Shown here: positions 1-14,860 of the stretch, piece by piece
Layout of the letters: every line of letters starts with the position of its first letter
Numbering within the stretch: position 1 is the stretch's first letter
Source: Paraspadella gotoi
Lineage: Eukaryota; Animalia; Chaetognatha
Length of the DNA: 64,000 bases
NCBI GenBank assembly: GCA_051294375.1
Contig: CM119271.1
Location: 10,345,427 to 10,409,426, forward strand
Direction: 5' to 3'
Made by a program: the position numbers and the translations under genes
The notes under the pieces: model-generated
The model's input: only the letters and a program-made list of their open reading frames with translations
The model's database searches: none
What the model was told of the DNA's origin: nothing

Positions 1-2976
1 GGGAAAAAAAAAAGATCGCCCGGCGGAAAAAACGAAAATTTATTTTCGAAAAACTGTTTATATTTTCACTCGTGTTTTTTTTTTTNNNNNNNNNNNNNNN
101 NNNNNNNNNNNNNNNNNNNNNNNNNNNNNNNNNNNNNNNNNNNNNNNNNNNNNNNNNNNNNNNNNNNNNNNNNNNNNNNNNNNNNNNNNNNNNNNNNNNN
201 NNNNNNNNNNNNNNNNNNNNNNNNNNNNNNNNNNNNNNNNNNNNNNNNNNNNNNNNNNNNNNNNNNNNNNNNNNNNNNNNNNNNNNNNNNNNNNNNNNNN
301 NNNNNNNNNNNNNNNNNNNNNNNNNNNNNNNNNNNNNNNNNNNNNNNNNNNNNNNNNNNNNNNNNNNNNNNNNNNNNNNNNNNNNNNNNGACGAGATAAA
401 AAAAAATAAAATAAATCTAGATTTAAGAAAATAAATCTAGATTAAAAAAATAAATCTAGATTGTTTAAAACAACAAGTTTAGTGAAAATCGAAATGAGAA
501 GGAAACGTCGATGGGATGTTAGTATATTTACTATTTTGTTATTTAGATTATTCTATTTGAAATTAAGGTTAATGACTGGCTTTAAAAGTTGTAATCCTTA
601 AAGTTAAATTTACCAAAATATCAGAATATCCAAATAGTTTGTGGGATCGTACTCAGCTGAGATAGATGATAAAATGGGAAAAATAAAAAGTTAAAGGAGT
701 TTAAACCAACCATCCAAACTTTAAAATTAGTTTAAATTTTATTAACGAATGATTATACCACTGACAGACCGTCGGACCACAAATTCTTCCATCGAAACAT
801 CCGACACTCCTCCGGAAAAAATGTCTTTCGATTTAGCGAATTTTATCGTGAAATACAATGAAATAAAAAGGAAAAGTNNNNNNNNNNNNNNNNNNNNNNN
901 NNNNNNNNNNNNNNNNNNNNNNNNNNNNNNNNNNNNNNNNNNNNNNNNNNNNNNNNNNNNNNNNNNNNNNNNNNNNNNNNNNNNNNNNNNNNNNNNNNNN
1001 NNNNNNNNNNNNNNNNNNNNNNNNNNNNNNNNNNNNNNNNNNNNNNNNNNNNNNNNNNNNNNNNNNNNNNNNNNNNNNNNNNNNNNNNNNNNNNNNNNNN
1101 NNNNNNNNNNNNNNNNNNNNNNNNNNNNNNNNNNNNNNNNNNNNNNNNNNNNNNNNNNNNNNNNNNNNNNNNNNNNNNNNNNNNNNNNNNNNNNNNNNNN
1201 NNNNNNNNNNNNNNNNNNNNNNNNNNNNNNNNNNNNNNNNNNNNNNNNNNNNNNNNNNNNNNNNNNNNNNNNNNNNNNNNNNNNNNNNNNNNNATCGTTA
1301 CGTCACCCGGACTCTCGCGAGAGACGCGCGACAGAGAGAGAGAGAGAGATTGTCGCGTAACGCGTAACGCGATGTATGTCTTATATGTATAATTGTATAT
1401 TAATTGTATATTAATTGTATATGTTTCGAACTGTGGCTCAAATCGGTCTGGGGGCTACGGGCTACGGTGTTATAAGGATTTAATTGATTAGAACAACTTT
1501 TTTAAATAATAGAAATAAATATTATAAAAATGAGATGGGGATAAATGTTTGAAACGTCTTAAATAATAATAATAATATTAAACAAATGAAAGAGATTTAA
1601 ATACTAAATTAATACAAATAAATATTTTGGGTAAATATCAAGGACAACTTTGCAAATCGTATGGTTAAAAACTGTGAACTCTTATTAAATTACGATGCAT
1701 ATCGGGTTGGGTATAGTAGGGATTCTTCAGCTATTTTGAGCCATACAGATTCGGATAATTTCATCGAGGATAAAGCGAGTCCAGTTTTTTTTTCCAAACT
1801 TGGCTTCACTGTTACATTGTGTCAAGTGCATCACGGACAATCTAGAGACTTTCACATCCGATTTCGTCTCACAATTTTCAAAAAACGAGAGACGAATCAC
1901 GTGACGAACCCGTGACGACTGTCGAATCGAAGGCTGAAAGAGAAAAAGCGTGAAGACCTTCACAATTCACATTTTTGTGAGTCGAGGAGAAAGATGAAGT
2001 GAGACGCGCGGACATCGGGTGACAATTCTCAATGGCGACGAATTGCAAGATTCAGTTTNNNNNNNNNNNNNNNNNNNNNNNNNNNNNNNNNNNNNNNNNN
2101 NNNNNNNNNNNNNNNNNNNNNNNNNNNNNNNNNNNNNNNNNNNNNNNNNNNNNNNNNNNNNNNNNNNNNNNNNNNNNNNNNNNNNNNNNNNNNNNNNNNN
2201 NNNNNNNNNNNNNNNNNNNNNNNNNNNNNNNNNNNNNNNNNNNNNNNNNNNNNNNNNNNNNNNNNNNNNNNNNNNNNNNNNNNNNNNNNNNNNNNNNNNN
2301 NNNNNNNNNNNNNNNNNNNNNNNNNNNNNNNNNNNNNNNNNNNNNNNNNNNNNNNNNNNNNNNNNNNNNNNNNNNNNNNACTTTAGTTATAAAACAAAAG
2401 TTTAACTAAAAGTAAGAATTCTTTGGGATTAAAAACCGCGACGGGGCATTTGCGCCGAAAAAAAAAGGTACTGATGATGAAGGCAATTACCGACGTACGA
2501 GATATAAAGTGATTTTCTACTTCACCTCATGTGTTTTTATAGTTTGTTTTTTTATTCTTTTTTATCAGCGTCCATTTTGTTAATGGATGCTGAGCTGAGT
2601 AGAATTTTCGATGGGAATTGAACGAAAAGATACGGGACTTTCGCATAAAAATGAAAAAATATTGTGAATGTGAAACAATATTTATCATTAATTATTATTG
2701 AACACAGAATGACAGCATTGAAAGTCACATTGCACAGCATTACGTAGCGTCGCATAGCGTAATACCTAAGTAAGGTTGTTTTAATGCTCCCAATATTGTT
2801 TAAAAAAGCAACTCTCTGGAGTAATACAATCAACGAATTTCCATAAACTCTAAAAAGAAGATGTCTGCTCGCGAATTCACTGATCCAAAATCTTCCCAAA
2901 GATTTTTTCTTTCCCAAAGTCACGAAATTCAGACTCAAGATTAAAACGACGGCGACGACGACGAACGACGAACGAA

Positions 2977-3012
<36 letters not shown>

Positions 3013-6000
3013 TTCTATTCTCGTCTTCGACTTCTCATTCCCACGACAAAATAAAAGTGAAGCGATTCCTCTCTGTCTCTCNNNNNNNNNNNNNNNNNNN
3101 NNNNNNNNNNNNNNNNNNNNNNNNNNNNNNNNNNNNNNNNNNNNNNNNNNNNNNNNNNNNNNNNNNNNNNNNNNNNNNNNNNNNNNNNNNNNNNNNNNNN
3201 NNNNNNNNNNNNNNNNNNNNNNNNNNNNNNNNNNNNNNNNNNNNNNNNNNNNNNNNNNNNNNNNNNNNNNNNNNNNNNNNNNNNNNNNNNNNNNNNNNNN
3301 NNNNNNNNNNNNNNNNNNNNNNNNNNNNNNNNNNNNNNNNNNNNNNNNNNNNNNNNNNNNNNNNNNNNNNNNNNNNNNNNNNNNNNNNNNNNNNNNCAGC
3401 GATGAATAACACTGGGGTCGTCATTCTCACCTTCTTTGTCTCTCAAGGTTTCTTCTCTCTTTTCTCTCTTTTTCGTTTCATTTCTTTCTCATTCGCGTCG
3501 AAACGCGACGCTATAAGAAACTTATTGGTCGGTCGGTCAATCTGAATTTCTTTAGTCTGGGTTTTAGTTCAAGAATATTGAATTATTTAGAAATTATTAT
3601 TCTTAAATATATTTTCTTAACATTTGTTTTTATGAAATTTAATAAATCATATTTAAAAAAATTAAGATATTAAAAATATTAAACATTTTTATANNNNNNN
3701 NNNNNNNNNNNNNNNNNNNNNNNNNNNNNNNNNNNNNNNNNNNNNNNNNNNNNNNNNNNNNNNNNNNNNNNNNNNNNNNNNNNNNNNNNNNNNNNNNNNN
3801 NNNNNNNNNNNNNNNNNNNNNNNNNNNNNNNNNNNNNNNNNNNNNNNNNNNNNNNNNNNNNNNNNAGTAATTTTCTTTTCAAATTCTATTCGTCCCATTT
3901 TTTTTATTTTTCCTTAATTTTTATCGTTTTTAATATTTTACCCTTTTACATTTCTTGATGTAATCTCCTTCTGAGTCAATTCGTATCTCAATAAACGACT
4001 CATGACTTTCTTCTTCTTATTTACGTTTTTTTTTTTTTCCTTCGGCGAAAAAAAACGCTGTCTATTTTTAAGCCGCGTTTATGTCTCCAAGGAGACGGAT
4101 GCGCATCAGTTTGCCAGTGCGACTGTCCTCGAAATTATGCTTGAGCGCAATGGAACTATAGGTTTTCAACGAATAAACGTTTACGTTCTTCTCGCTCTGT
4201 TTTATATCTTCGCCAGATTTTAAGTTAAGGAGAAAAAAATATCAAATCAATTTGGTTAAAAAGGAAAAAAATTAATCTAGCAACTTGTCAATTTTCAAAC
4301 CGAAAATCCTGTTATTCAAAATTACGTTTTTTTATAAAAGAAATAAAATTCGCTGGCGAGTTCCATTGCATTAATTTAATTTTCCCGCCCGAATTAAAAA
4401 ACTTCATGTCATTAAGTTAAAAACTGTGAAAGCGCGTGAGACATTTCACGTATGCATAAAGATTAAGCAGATCCATTTGAACGAGCTTCATCCAGTTGCT
4501 TCGAGATATTTCTCTTACAATTTACGATTATAATTCCTAAAAATCCATCTTCAAACAACAAATATGTATTACATTACACATTACACAAAATAAACGTTCC
4601 TCAGATTCAAAAGTCAGACAAACACGTTTAAAAACTTTCACGAGAATCAACTGAACTCGTCTCACAGTTTCACAATAACTCACTCCATTTTTCTCATCCG
4701 AATTCGCGGACCCAATTCCATCGGAACAAAGAATTATTTCCTCATCGTCGACTGTCGATATCAGTTTTTCCCGGTCCGTCCGTCCGTCCGTCCGTCCCTC
4801 CGTCCGTCCGTCCGTCTGTCCTCCAACTCATTCTCTTATCTCCATACATCTCAAGATGATAGCTATTTGCCCCTACTTCATACAACGGTCCCCCCGGTTG
4901 CGACCCAACCCATTTTTATCTTCGGAATTAAAAAAAAGTTATATTTTATAATTTGATCTATTAAATATAGTTTTTGATATCTAATATTAAATATCTTTGT
5001 GATTTTATGAAGAGCATAGGAAAGTTAGTTTTGTCTTTTGGAATTCACTCCATCATTTCCATCCAGCAGTTATCACTTCCCCTATCATTTCCACTCCTCG
5101 GTACCCATTTCCACCCTTATATCACCACCACCTATTTATTCTCCTTTTCACTTCACTCACCAGAGAAACCGACCCGGGAATCACTCCCGCTCCCCCCCCC
5201 TACTCCCCCCCAACAAAAAAAAACCTCTTTCTCCCTTCCAGGGGTAAAACGGTCACGCCAACTGCTTCGTCATTTTTCTTTTTCCCTCCAAGGTCTTCCT
5301 TTTCTTCTTCCTCCTCCTCATTTTCCTTTCCTCCTCCTCCTCCTCCTCTTCTCTTCAATCGATTGTCTGTTGATACTCAGTGTCAATTATACGACTGTCG
5401 TCGACAGTGACGGAAAGAATTGTTTACGACAAGTTGTTTACGAGCAGCGAAAATATCTTTTTCTCTTCGCGTCGAGTATTTATATTCGGTTTTGCGAGAT
5501 ACAACGGCTTTAACGAAGAGTTTGTATATATTCTCTTTCTTTATTTCCGAGTGACCGGGTTTAACGAGAGAACGGGATCTTAAACCGATAGAAAACTTTA
5601 GTATGTATGAAAGTTACAAGATTGGCTTATTTTTATCAATTTACAGCTTATAAAATGGACATTCTACGGCTTCATCATTAAATACTCATTAAATATTTAG
5701 AATATTATTAATGTTGACATATTTTTTTTTATTAATAACGAAAACGATATTAACATTTTGAATGTTACGAAGAAAAAAGAGTTCTTCAGTAAATTTCAAT
5801 ATTTTAATATTTGAACTTTTAAAATGTATTAACTCCATCTCAAATAATTTAACTCGCGTGGGAAGCGGTTAGTTTTGAACGTTCTTGGTTTCTAATTATA
5901 CCTCAAAATCAAACTACATTCTTCTTTTTACAAAGTTCTTCATTAAAAATCAAACGTTTCTCCCACACTTTGTCAAATATATGTAAATTAAACCAACGTC

Positions 6001-6494
6001 ACATCCGTGTCTTTGCTTCTTCATCTTGGATTAAAATTTCAAAGCCTTTTTTAATAACGGATGTAAAAAAAAAAACCGGGTGTACATACTGTACTTCTCG
6101 CGGTATGAAGTGATGAATACTAATTAACGTCGTTAATTACTTCGCCGGGAGAGAGAGAGCGAGCGAGAGCGAGATAGAGAGCGAGCGAGAGGACGGGGAA
6201 GGGAAACCTCCCAGTGATTAAGTGGAAATAATAGTTTAAGAGACATCGGTATTCCGCGAGGAGAAGAAGAAGAAGAGTGACTCCATATTTTTTTTCTGCG
6301 CCTCAAGAAAAACTGGCGAGACCAGAGGTGAGGGGAAAAAAAAAACATTAGCCAGCGAGTGATAACAGGCGTTTTTTTTTCATATATTTAATGAAAAAAA
6401 AACCCCAATATTTCAATCTATTTCAAGATTTTCTTTGAAGTCATCACGCAGAGGTCGGGGGGGCGGGAGAGGGTCGGGAGAGAGAAGGGAGAGA

Positions 6495-6527
<33 letters not shown>

Positions 6528-6592
6528 GAATAGATAGAGAGAGATGAGAGAAGAGAGAGAAGAGAGAGAGAGAGAGATGAGAGGCTCAATTT

Positions 6593-6931
6593 CCATTATC
6601 CAGATATCTTGTTTCCTTCAATTACATTAAAGAGGAGGCGGAGATCCGCTTTCCAACGATACTGCTGGTATGCTGGCTGCTGCTGATTTCTGACCCAATT
6701 ATTCTTTTTGTTTCACTTTTGTTGGTTCTTAGCAGTGTCGCCCCACGGCAGTTTTTTTTTANNNNNNNNNNNNNNNNNNNNNNNNNCATTATCCAGAATA
6801 TCTGTTTCCTTCAAACATTAAAGAGGAGCGGAGATCCGCTTTCCACGAGACTGCTGCTGCTGCTGCTGCTGCTTTCTGACCCAATATTCTTTTTTTCACT
6901 TTTTTTCTTACATCCCCCACGCAGTTTTTTT
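6593..6931. repeat. Short duplication across a 25-N gap
   Basis: cattatccaga..atcttgtttccttcaa..acattaaagaggag.cggagatccgctttcca occurs on both sides of 6762-6786. Confidence 0.85.
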
Positions 6932-7299
6932 TCGACCCCTTTTCTTCGTAGCTTTTTTTCTTTTAATTTCTTTTCATTTTTTTTTTTTGCTTTGTTTTTC
7001 CTTTTTTTTCTTTTTTTTTCATAATTTTTATTTCAATAGTATTCTTTCCTTCATTGATTCATTATGTCATAGTGATCATTCCTTATTACAATTACCGTTA
7101 ATAGAAAAGTAAAATATTATTTCTTTTTCTTTATTCCCCCGTTTTTCTTATTTCATTTTTTTTCCTTTTTTTTTCATTACTTTCTTTCCCCTTTCTATCT
7201 TCTCCGCCCCTTTTCTTTTATTTCTATCTCTCTCGCTCTCAATTTTTTCCTTTTCTTTTCTTTTTTCCTTTTTTCCATAATTCCTCCCTCCCCCAAAAC

Positions 7300-10200
7300 C
7301 AGTTCTTTTCTTCTTTCATTTTTTTTCTCGCATCCTTCTTCCTCCTCCTCTTTCCTCTCTGTCTTCGTTCTTGCCTGCCTCGCTCTCTGCCTATCCTCCT
7401 TCCTTCTTCTTTCTGCCCTTCCTCCTCCTCTTTCCTTCCTGTTTTCTGCTTTCCATCTCCCCTTCCTCTTACCTTTTTTCCGTCATCATCCTTACTTCCT
7501 TTCTCGATCCTCCTTCTCGTTTCTTTCCTTCCTCTTCTCCTTTCTTCCTCTTTCCATCCTCTTTCTCCTCGCATTCACTCCTCTTTTTCATCATCCTTCG
7601 CTTTCCTCCTCTTCTTCTTCCTCATTACTATCCTTTCCATCCTCTTCCTTCCTCCTCATCATCCTCCTTCTCCTACCTATTTCTTTCCTCCTCCTTCCTC
7701 CCTTCCTCCTATTTCCTTCCTGCCTCCTCATTCCTTCTTCAGCCTCTTCCGGCGCACACCGCAGAAAGAATAGAAAAAGAAGCTCGGCGACAAGGCGGCG
7801 CAGGTTCTCGCTTCATTAGCAAAACGGCTGGGTTTTTTTCTGCTGCTTCTTGACTTTTTCCCGGCCTGGAGGGTATCGTTTCTGCAATGGCAAACCGCCG
7901 GACCGGCAGTCACGTGGGTTCTCCGGCAGTGGGATGGCGTAGGTGCCAGGGGAGCTGGCGGATGATAAATACGGTACGCGCAGAGCGAGGCGAAGAATAT
8001 ACAACAAAACAAGAGATGACAGAGAGCGAGACGGAGCCTGAAGAGAGGAGGGAGAGAGAGAGCAGAGAGCTGTGAGAGAGAGTAAGACGAGAGAGAAGAG
8101 AGAGAGAGAGAGAGAAAGAGAAAGAGAAACTGATATGAGCTGCGGAGGTTGGTGTTCGTTTCTGGGGAAAAGTATAGAGTGCAGGTGCGCAAGCTGAATG
8201 GAAGTTATTATAGACGAATGATGATGCATGATTGAATTGAATTCAGACGAAGATGAATTGATATGATTAAGCAGATGGAATGTGTCTTGGTCGGGGTTTC
8301 GGTCACGGTGTGTGTTGGATCTCTGCCTGTTCGTGTTACTTTGTCTATTTCCAGTTGAGTGGTATGTTGATGTTCGTCTTGTCGGAGAAGGCACGAGAGA
8401 CGGACGGCGAATCTGGATTAACTGCGAACGAAGCCGGACATTAGACTGACGGACCGATCTAAAAGGCATTTGGAGATCTGATGCCGTTTTTCTTGCAAAA
8501 TAAAAAAGTGAAGGATGATTAATATCTGTGGCAAAAGAGGAGACGAGTCATGGGCTCAAAGTCACTGCCGTCTGCACCTACATTCCTCATCCGCTCCTCA
8601 CCCAGCGCTCTCTGCCACAGGAACCGCGAGATTTGTTGTTTTCTCTCTCGGTCAATCGCTGTTGGCTACGGTCATATTTGCGAGTCGCGAGATTCGACTC
8701 CGACCTCGTGGCTCGGCGCGCGATTGGGGCTCTCTTCGCATTATCTCGCTCGCTACGGGCCGTTATGTACATTGATATTTCTTTCCCATCTTATCTATCA
8801 TGTTATCCCGTCTGTTTCATGTGGTTTTTTTTTTTTTTTTTGTTTTTCTTTTTTTTTAAATTGTTTATGCATCTGGGCTTTCTCTTTTTTTAGTCATGTT
8901 TTTGTGCGGATTTCTCTTCGCTCTTTAGCCGGACAAATGACGAGGAGAAAAGCAGGGCCTTTCTTCCCTCCCTCGCGTATGGCGTCTCTGCCCAAAGAAC
9001 GGGCGTCACTGAGGGCTGGTTTTTTTTGAAATGGTCGGCGCAGTTGCAGTTAGAAATGGTATACGGTGGCAATTGTGAGTCAGATCGCTGCATGGGTTGG
9101 GCAGTTGAAGATGGCTAACGTGGTTGGGCAATTAGAATGCGGCGCAAGCTTGCAGAGGTTTAGATAATGTGTTAAACCTTGTGCTGGCAATTACATTCTG
9201 GAATGTGCGGCAGCGTGGCAGTTTAGAATGGTAACCGTGTCTGCGTTCGGTTGTTGCGTGGTGTGTAGTGTGAAGGATGGTGGCAATTAAGAAATCGGTG
9301 CGGCTAGGATTAGCAGTTAGGAAATGGTAAACGGATGCAGGATGTGAGCTGATTGTTCGTATATTGGTGGCAATTTGGATGACTATTGGGCGTCAGCAGA
9401 TCCTTCTTTGAAGCTGTCTATACTAAGTTGCAGTATAGCTTAATCGGTAGTATGCTGGCCTGGTGGCAATTGGAGAGGCGGCAGAAGTGGCAGGTTAGAA
9501 TGNNNNNNNNNNNNNNNNNNNNNNNNNTCCTCCTCCTTCTTCTTCCTCATCTTCCTTTCTCCTCTTTCCTCCTCCTCATTCCTCCTTCTTCCTCCTTTTC
9601 TTTCCTCCTCCTTCCTCCTTCCTCCTATTCCTTCCTCCTCCTCTTCCTTCTTCCCTCTTCCGCGCCACCGAAGAAAGAAAAAAAAAGAACTCGGCGAAAG
9701 GCGGCAGGTTCTGTTCTTAGCAACGCTGGGTTTTTTCTTCTTCTTCTTTTTTCCCGGCCTGGGGGTATCGGTTTCCATGGCAACCGCCGACCCAGTCACG
9801 TGGGTTTCCGGCCGTGGGAAGGCGTAGGTGCCGGACTGGCGGNNNNNNNNNNNNNNNNNNNNNNNNNNNNNNNNNNNNNNNNNNNNNNNNNNNNNNNNNN
9901 NNNNNNNNNNNNNNNNNNNNNNNNNNNNNNNNNNNNNNNNNNNNNNNNNNNNNNNNNNNNNNNNNNNNNNNNNNNNNNNNNNNNNNNNNNNNNNNNNNNN
10001 NNNNNNNNNNNNNNNNGATAGAGTCAGTCGAAGCTGAAGAAGATGACGAAGATGATGATGATGATGATGACGAAGATGATGATGATGATTAAGATGATGC
10101 TTCGGGGTTTCGGTCACGCGTGGGAAAGGCACAGAGACGACGACGATAACGACGACGAACGACAACGACGACGACTAAAAGGATGAATCTCTTTTTCAAA

Positions 10201-11050
10201 AAAAAAAANNNNNNNNNNNNNNNNNNNNNNNNNNNNNNNNNNNNNNNNNNNNNNNNNNNNNNNNNNNNNNNNNNNNNNNNNNNNNNNNNNNNNNNNNNNN
10301 NNNNNNNNNNNNNNNNNNNNNNNNNNNNNNNNNNNNNNNNNNNNNNNNNNNNGACGCGAGAGATTTTGTTTCTCTCTCGTCACTCACCAATCGAGTCGCG
10401 AGATTCGACTCCTCGTCGCCCGATTGGCTCTTCCATTTCCTCGCTACGTCATTGATATTTTTTCCTCTTTTATTGTTATCGTTTTTTTTTTTATTTTCTG
10501 CGGATTTCTTCCTCTTTAGCGGACAAACGAGGAAAAGAGGCTTTCTCGCGATGTCGCCAAACGGCGCAGAGGCGGTTTTTNNNNNNNNNNNNNNNNNNNN
10601 NNNNNNNNNNNNNNNNNNNNNNNNNNNNNNNNNNNNNNNNNNNNNNNNNNNNNNNNNNNNNNNNNNNNNNNNNNNNNNNNNNNNNNNNNNNNNNNNNNNN
10701 NNNNNNNNNNNNNNNNNNNNNNNNNNNNNNNNNNNNNNNNNNNNNNNNNNNNNNNNNNNNNNNNNNNNNNNNNNNNNNNNNNNNNNNNNNNNNNNNNNNN
10801 NNNNNNNNNNNNNNNNNNNNNNNNNNNNNNNNNNNNNNNNNNNNNNNNNNNNNNNNNNNNNNNNNNNNNNNNNNNNNNNNNNNNNNNNNNNNNNNNNNNN
10901 NNNNNNNNNNNNGGTGGCAATTGGAATGGCGCAGTTGCAGTTAGAATGGTAATGGTGGCAATTGGAATGGCGCAGTTGCAGTTAGAATGGTATCGGTGGC
11001 AATTGGAATGGCTCAGTTGCTATTGAAACTCGTAAGGCAGTTAGAATAGA
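7300..11050. repeat. Apparent tandem duplication across a 25-N gap (probable assembly artefact)
   Basis: 7740-9502 is an insertion-riddled version of 9658-11050, with the same segment order. Confidence 0.8.
10913..11050. repeat. 41-bp minisatellite
   Basis: Unit ggtggcaattggaatggcgcagttgcagttagaatggta.. starts at 10913, 10954 and 10995; noisy copies at 9030-9502. Confidence 0.85.
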
Positions 11051-12812
11051 GGTTTGGATTGGCGCAGTCATTGCTCAAACTGCCAGGTTGCTTCTTGAAA
11101 GTTCGCACTTGCTTTTTAAATAAATAAAACGGCAAATTATTTTCAGAAATGCACTATGGCCGCTTGAATTAGCGCAGTTTCTTTTAAATACGCCAACGCG
11201 ACTGTTTAAAATGATACTGTCGCCGTTGAAATGACGGGAGTTGCATATGAAAAGAAAACACGGCGGCTTCCGGAAACATCGTCGCTGTTGCTGTTGCAAA
11301 CGCGGCCGCGCGTCCGTCCTTTGCCGCGCCGAATTCTCCTGGCCGAATTCCAGAGTCGTTAAATCCAATGTAATTCTTTCGAGTCTCTGTCTCTCTCTGA
11401 CTCTGGCGAAGAAATATCGTTCGCTCGAAGATATCGTTCACCTCATCGGTCTCGTCACATTCGCGTTCGCTTCCGAAAATCACCATTCGCTTGTTTATCA
11501 ATCGGCCAGCTCGTCTTAATCAAACGATGCATGGATTTCGATTTTTATTTAAAATTAAAATCAAACTCGAAGCTGTTATACATACATTTTCATACAAACT
11601 CTGGCGTTGGTGTTTTCAGATCTAGCTTTCGGATCACGTGACAGTAGTTCCGTTTGGTCACGTGACGACCAAAGTATAAAAAAAATATGCACGAAAAGGA
11701 TGTACTAATATCAGTAACGTAATCACTAATCAATGTACATTGTACGAGTACTTACATCATCCCAGCAACCATTGTTGCGAACTGAATAAAGAGTAAACGT
11801 GGCTGAATCGACTCATCAACTAACTGATTATTAATAAAACCGATTAAAAATTTAAAAACAACTCAAACCAACCGACCAACCAATCAAAATCGCCAGCCTA
11901 CCAACCAATCGAAATTAAGACCAACCAGCCAAAACCTNNNNNNNNNNNNNNNNNNNNNNNNNNNNNNNNNNNNNNNNNNNNNNNNNNNNNNNNNNNNNNN
12001 NNNNNNNNNNNNNNNNNNNNNNNNNNNNNNNNNNNNNNNNNNNNNNNNNNNNNNNNNNNNNNNNNNNNNNNNNNNNNNNNNNNNNNNNNNNNNNNNNNNN
12101 NNNNNNNNNNNNNNNNNNNNNNNCAACGACCCTGGCGGCGATGGTCGTTTTCACAACAGTTGAGCGAAGAAAAAGGTGAGAGAGGTGAAATAGAAGGCGG
12201 AGGGGCGCGTGAAGGGTTTGCGTNNNNNNNNNNNNNNNNNNNNNNNNNNNNNNNNNNNNNNNNNNNNNNNNNNNNNNNNNNNNNNNNNNNNNNNNNNNNN
12301 NNNNNNNNNNNNNNNNNNNNNNNNNNNNNNNNNNNNNNNNNNNNNNNNNNNNNNNNNNNNNNNNNNNNNNNNNNNNNNNNNNNNNNNNNNNNNNNNNNNN
12401 NNNNNNNNNNNNNNNNNNNNNNNNNNNNNNNNNNNNNNNNNNNNNNNNNNNNNNNNNNNNNNNNNNNNNNNNNNNNCTTTCTTAGTTAATCAGTGAGAAA
12501 GGAAAATGATTAACTCACACGCTTTTCACGATTCCTCTTCAGTTCCGTTCTCACATTTTTCGTCTCCAGTCGATAAAAATTCCGATACTCCGGTTCGACT
12601 CTCGTCTCTGACAGGAAAAAGTAGATCAAAATCGTTTCGAGTCTTGATTTCCCGCCAAAGACTGACAGACGGGACGACGTCTTGAGTCGTCGTCGTCGTC
12701 GTCGTTATCATCGTCGTCGTTCATGTCATCTGCGTCAACTGAGGCGGCGTCATTTTCGTCATCGTCAAGATCCTCGTCAATAAAAAATTGCAAAATTACT
12801 TTTTTTTTTATG

Positions 12813-12937
12813 AAATTGGTACAACCAATATAAAAATTATCCATTCATAATGAATTATTCATTTAATAAATAAGCTTTCTTGCCCCTAACTTTAGACAGG
12901 CTTTGGTAGCAGGTCAATCAAGACTCTCTCACAGTCT
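12813..12937 (-). mobile_element. Short dispersed repeat family (non-autonomous element remnant), copy
   Basis: The reverse complement shares gactgtgagagagtcttgattga, aaagt.aggggcaaga.agcttatttatt and tattggttgtaccaattt with 39762-39850 and 47600-47770. Confidence 0.7.
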
Positions 12938-14828
12938 GTTAGATTATGTTTTAACTTTTATAACTATAAAATGTCGGATTTATTTGTCTAAATATGTATT
13001 AAGCTTAATGAATTGCTTTATTAAAGTATCTTAAAATGGAGTGAGGAATGTTATGTTCTGTTATCATTATGTTATGTTATGTTCTGTTATCATTATGTTA
13101 TGTTATGTTATGTTATGTACAACACGATGTTAAAAGACTTTTCGCTTTGGGTTTGGTATTACTAGATATCTTATTAAACATTTTTTTAGACACCTAATTA
13201 TGTTATCGTTTTTTTATGTTTTGTCTTCGTCGTTTTCTTCATCCTCATTATCATCGTCATCATTGTCGTCGTCTTCCACATCATAAATTATAGCCTTTGT
13301 TATCGTCNNNNNNNNNNNNNNNNNNNNNNNNNNNNNNNNNNNNNNNNNNNNNNNNNNNNNNNNNNNNNNNNNNNNNNNNNNNNNNNNNNNNNNNNNNNNN
13401 NNNNNNNNNNNNNNNNNNNNNNNNNNNNNNNNNNNNNNNNNNNNNNNNNNNNNNNNNNNNNNNNNNNNNNNNNNNNNNNNNNNNNNNNNNNNNNNNNNNN
13501 NNNNNNNNNNNNNNNNNNNNNNNNNNNNNNNNNNNNNNNNNNNNNNNNNNNNNNNNNNNNNNNNNNNNNNNNNNNNNNNNNNNNNNNNNNNNNNNNNNNN
13601 NNNNNNNNNNNNNNNNNNNNNNNNNNNNNNNNNNNNNNNNNNNNNNNNNNNNNNNNNNNNNNNNNNNNNNNNNNNNNNNNNNNNNNNNNNNNNNNNNNNN
13701 NNNNNNNNNNNNNNNNNNNNNNNNNNNNNNNNNNNNNNNNNNNNNNNNNNNNNNNNNNNNNNNNNNNNNNNNNNNNNNNNNNNNNNNNNNNNNNNNNNNN
13801 NNNTTACTCTCTCTCTATTTAACTCCAGTCACTACATCAATTATGTTTTTGTCTTTCGTTCTATCTTTTTATTACTCGCTATCATTTCGAAGTCGTTTCT
13901 TTTCTTTGTCTCTCTTTCTTTCTATATCTCTCGCTTTCTCTCCCTCCCATCTCTCTCTCTCTCTATCTTTCTCTCCCTCCCCCCACACCCTCCTCCCACA
14001 TCCTTCCCTATTTACCGAAAAACAAAGCGCCATCTCTCGTCCTAAACACTAAAACACGAGTCGCCTTTTATTTTTTTTTCTCTCTTATTTTCCCTTTCTC
14101 GCTCATTGGCCGGAATAAAAAAAAAAGAAGCATTCGCGTTAGGGCCTTCGAATTACATCCCTCCCCCCCTCGGCGCCGCCCCTCCGATTCCTTTTACATC
14201 CGGGTCCTCCCCTTTCTCTTTCTTGTTTACCTCTATTTACATTCGGAGTTTTGCGAGAGACGCATTCCCGGTTTTTAAGCGGTGACGTCCCGCGAGCGAG
14301 CGCGCGACAGTTTCGAGGTAAACGGCGTTTACGAGGCGAAGTTGCTTAGCAACGGTCGGCGACTTTAAGGGGAGGGAAAGGAAAGGAAAGGAAAGGAAAG
14401 GAAAGGAAAGGANNNNNNNNNNNNNNNNNNNNNNNNNNNNNNNNNNNNNNNNNNNNNNNNNNNNNNNNNNNNNNNNNNNNNNNNNNNNNNNNNNNNNNNN
14501 NNNNNNNNNNNNNNNNNNNNNNNNNNNNNNNNNNNNNNNNNNNNNNNNNNNNNNNNNNNNNNNNNNNNNNNNNNNNNNNNNNNNNNNNNNNNNNNNNNNN
14601 NNNNNNNNNNNNNNNNNNNNNNNNNNNNNNNNNNNNNNNNNNGAAGGGAAAAAAATCAAAGGAAAGGAATCTACCGATCAGGTGGGATGTATAGTAAACG
14701 AGATTAAATTAAGCCTTCGCACAAAATATATTTCGAATCTTTCAAATATCCTTAATTGTTCATATTTTTTTTTAGTTTATGTTCCGTCCGTTTTTGAGAT
14801 AATCGAATTCGTCGTCGGAGTCATCGTT

Positions 14829-14860
<32 letters not shown>

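Noticed and set aside
4224-4240. TCCTTAAC U12 branch-site match on the minus strand, as partner of the Cav3 AT-AC donor
   Set aside because: No AC at the expected distance, and the following sequence does not encode the WFE..S1 helix.
7300-9502. Biological segmental duplication
   Set aside because: The insertion-dominated differences and the 25-N junction fit an assembly artefact better.
72-14659. ORFs containing long X runs
   Set aside because: They stay open only because they cross N gaps.
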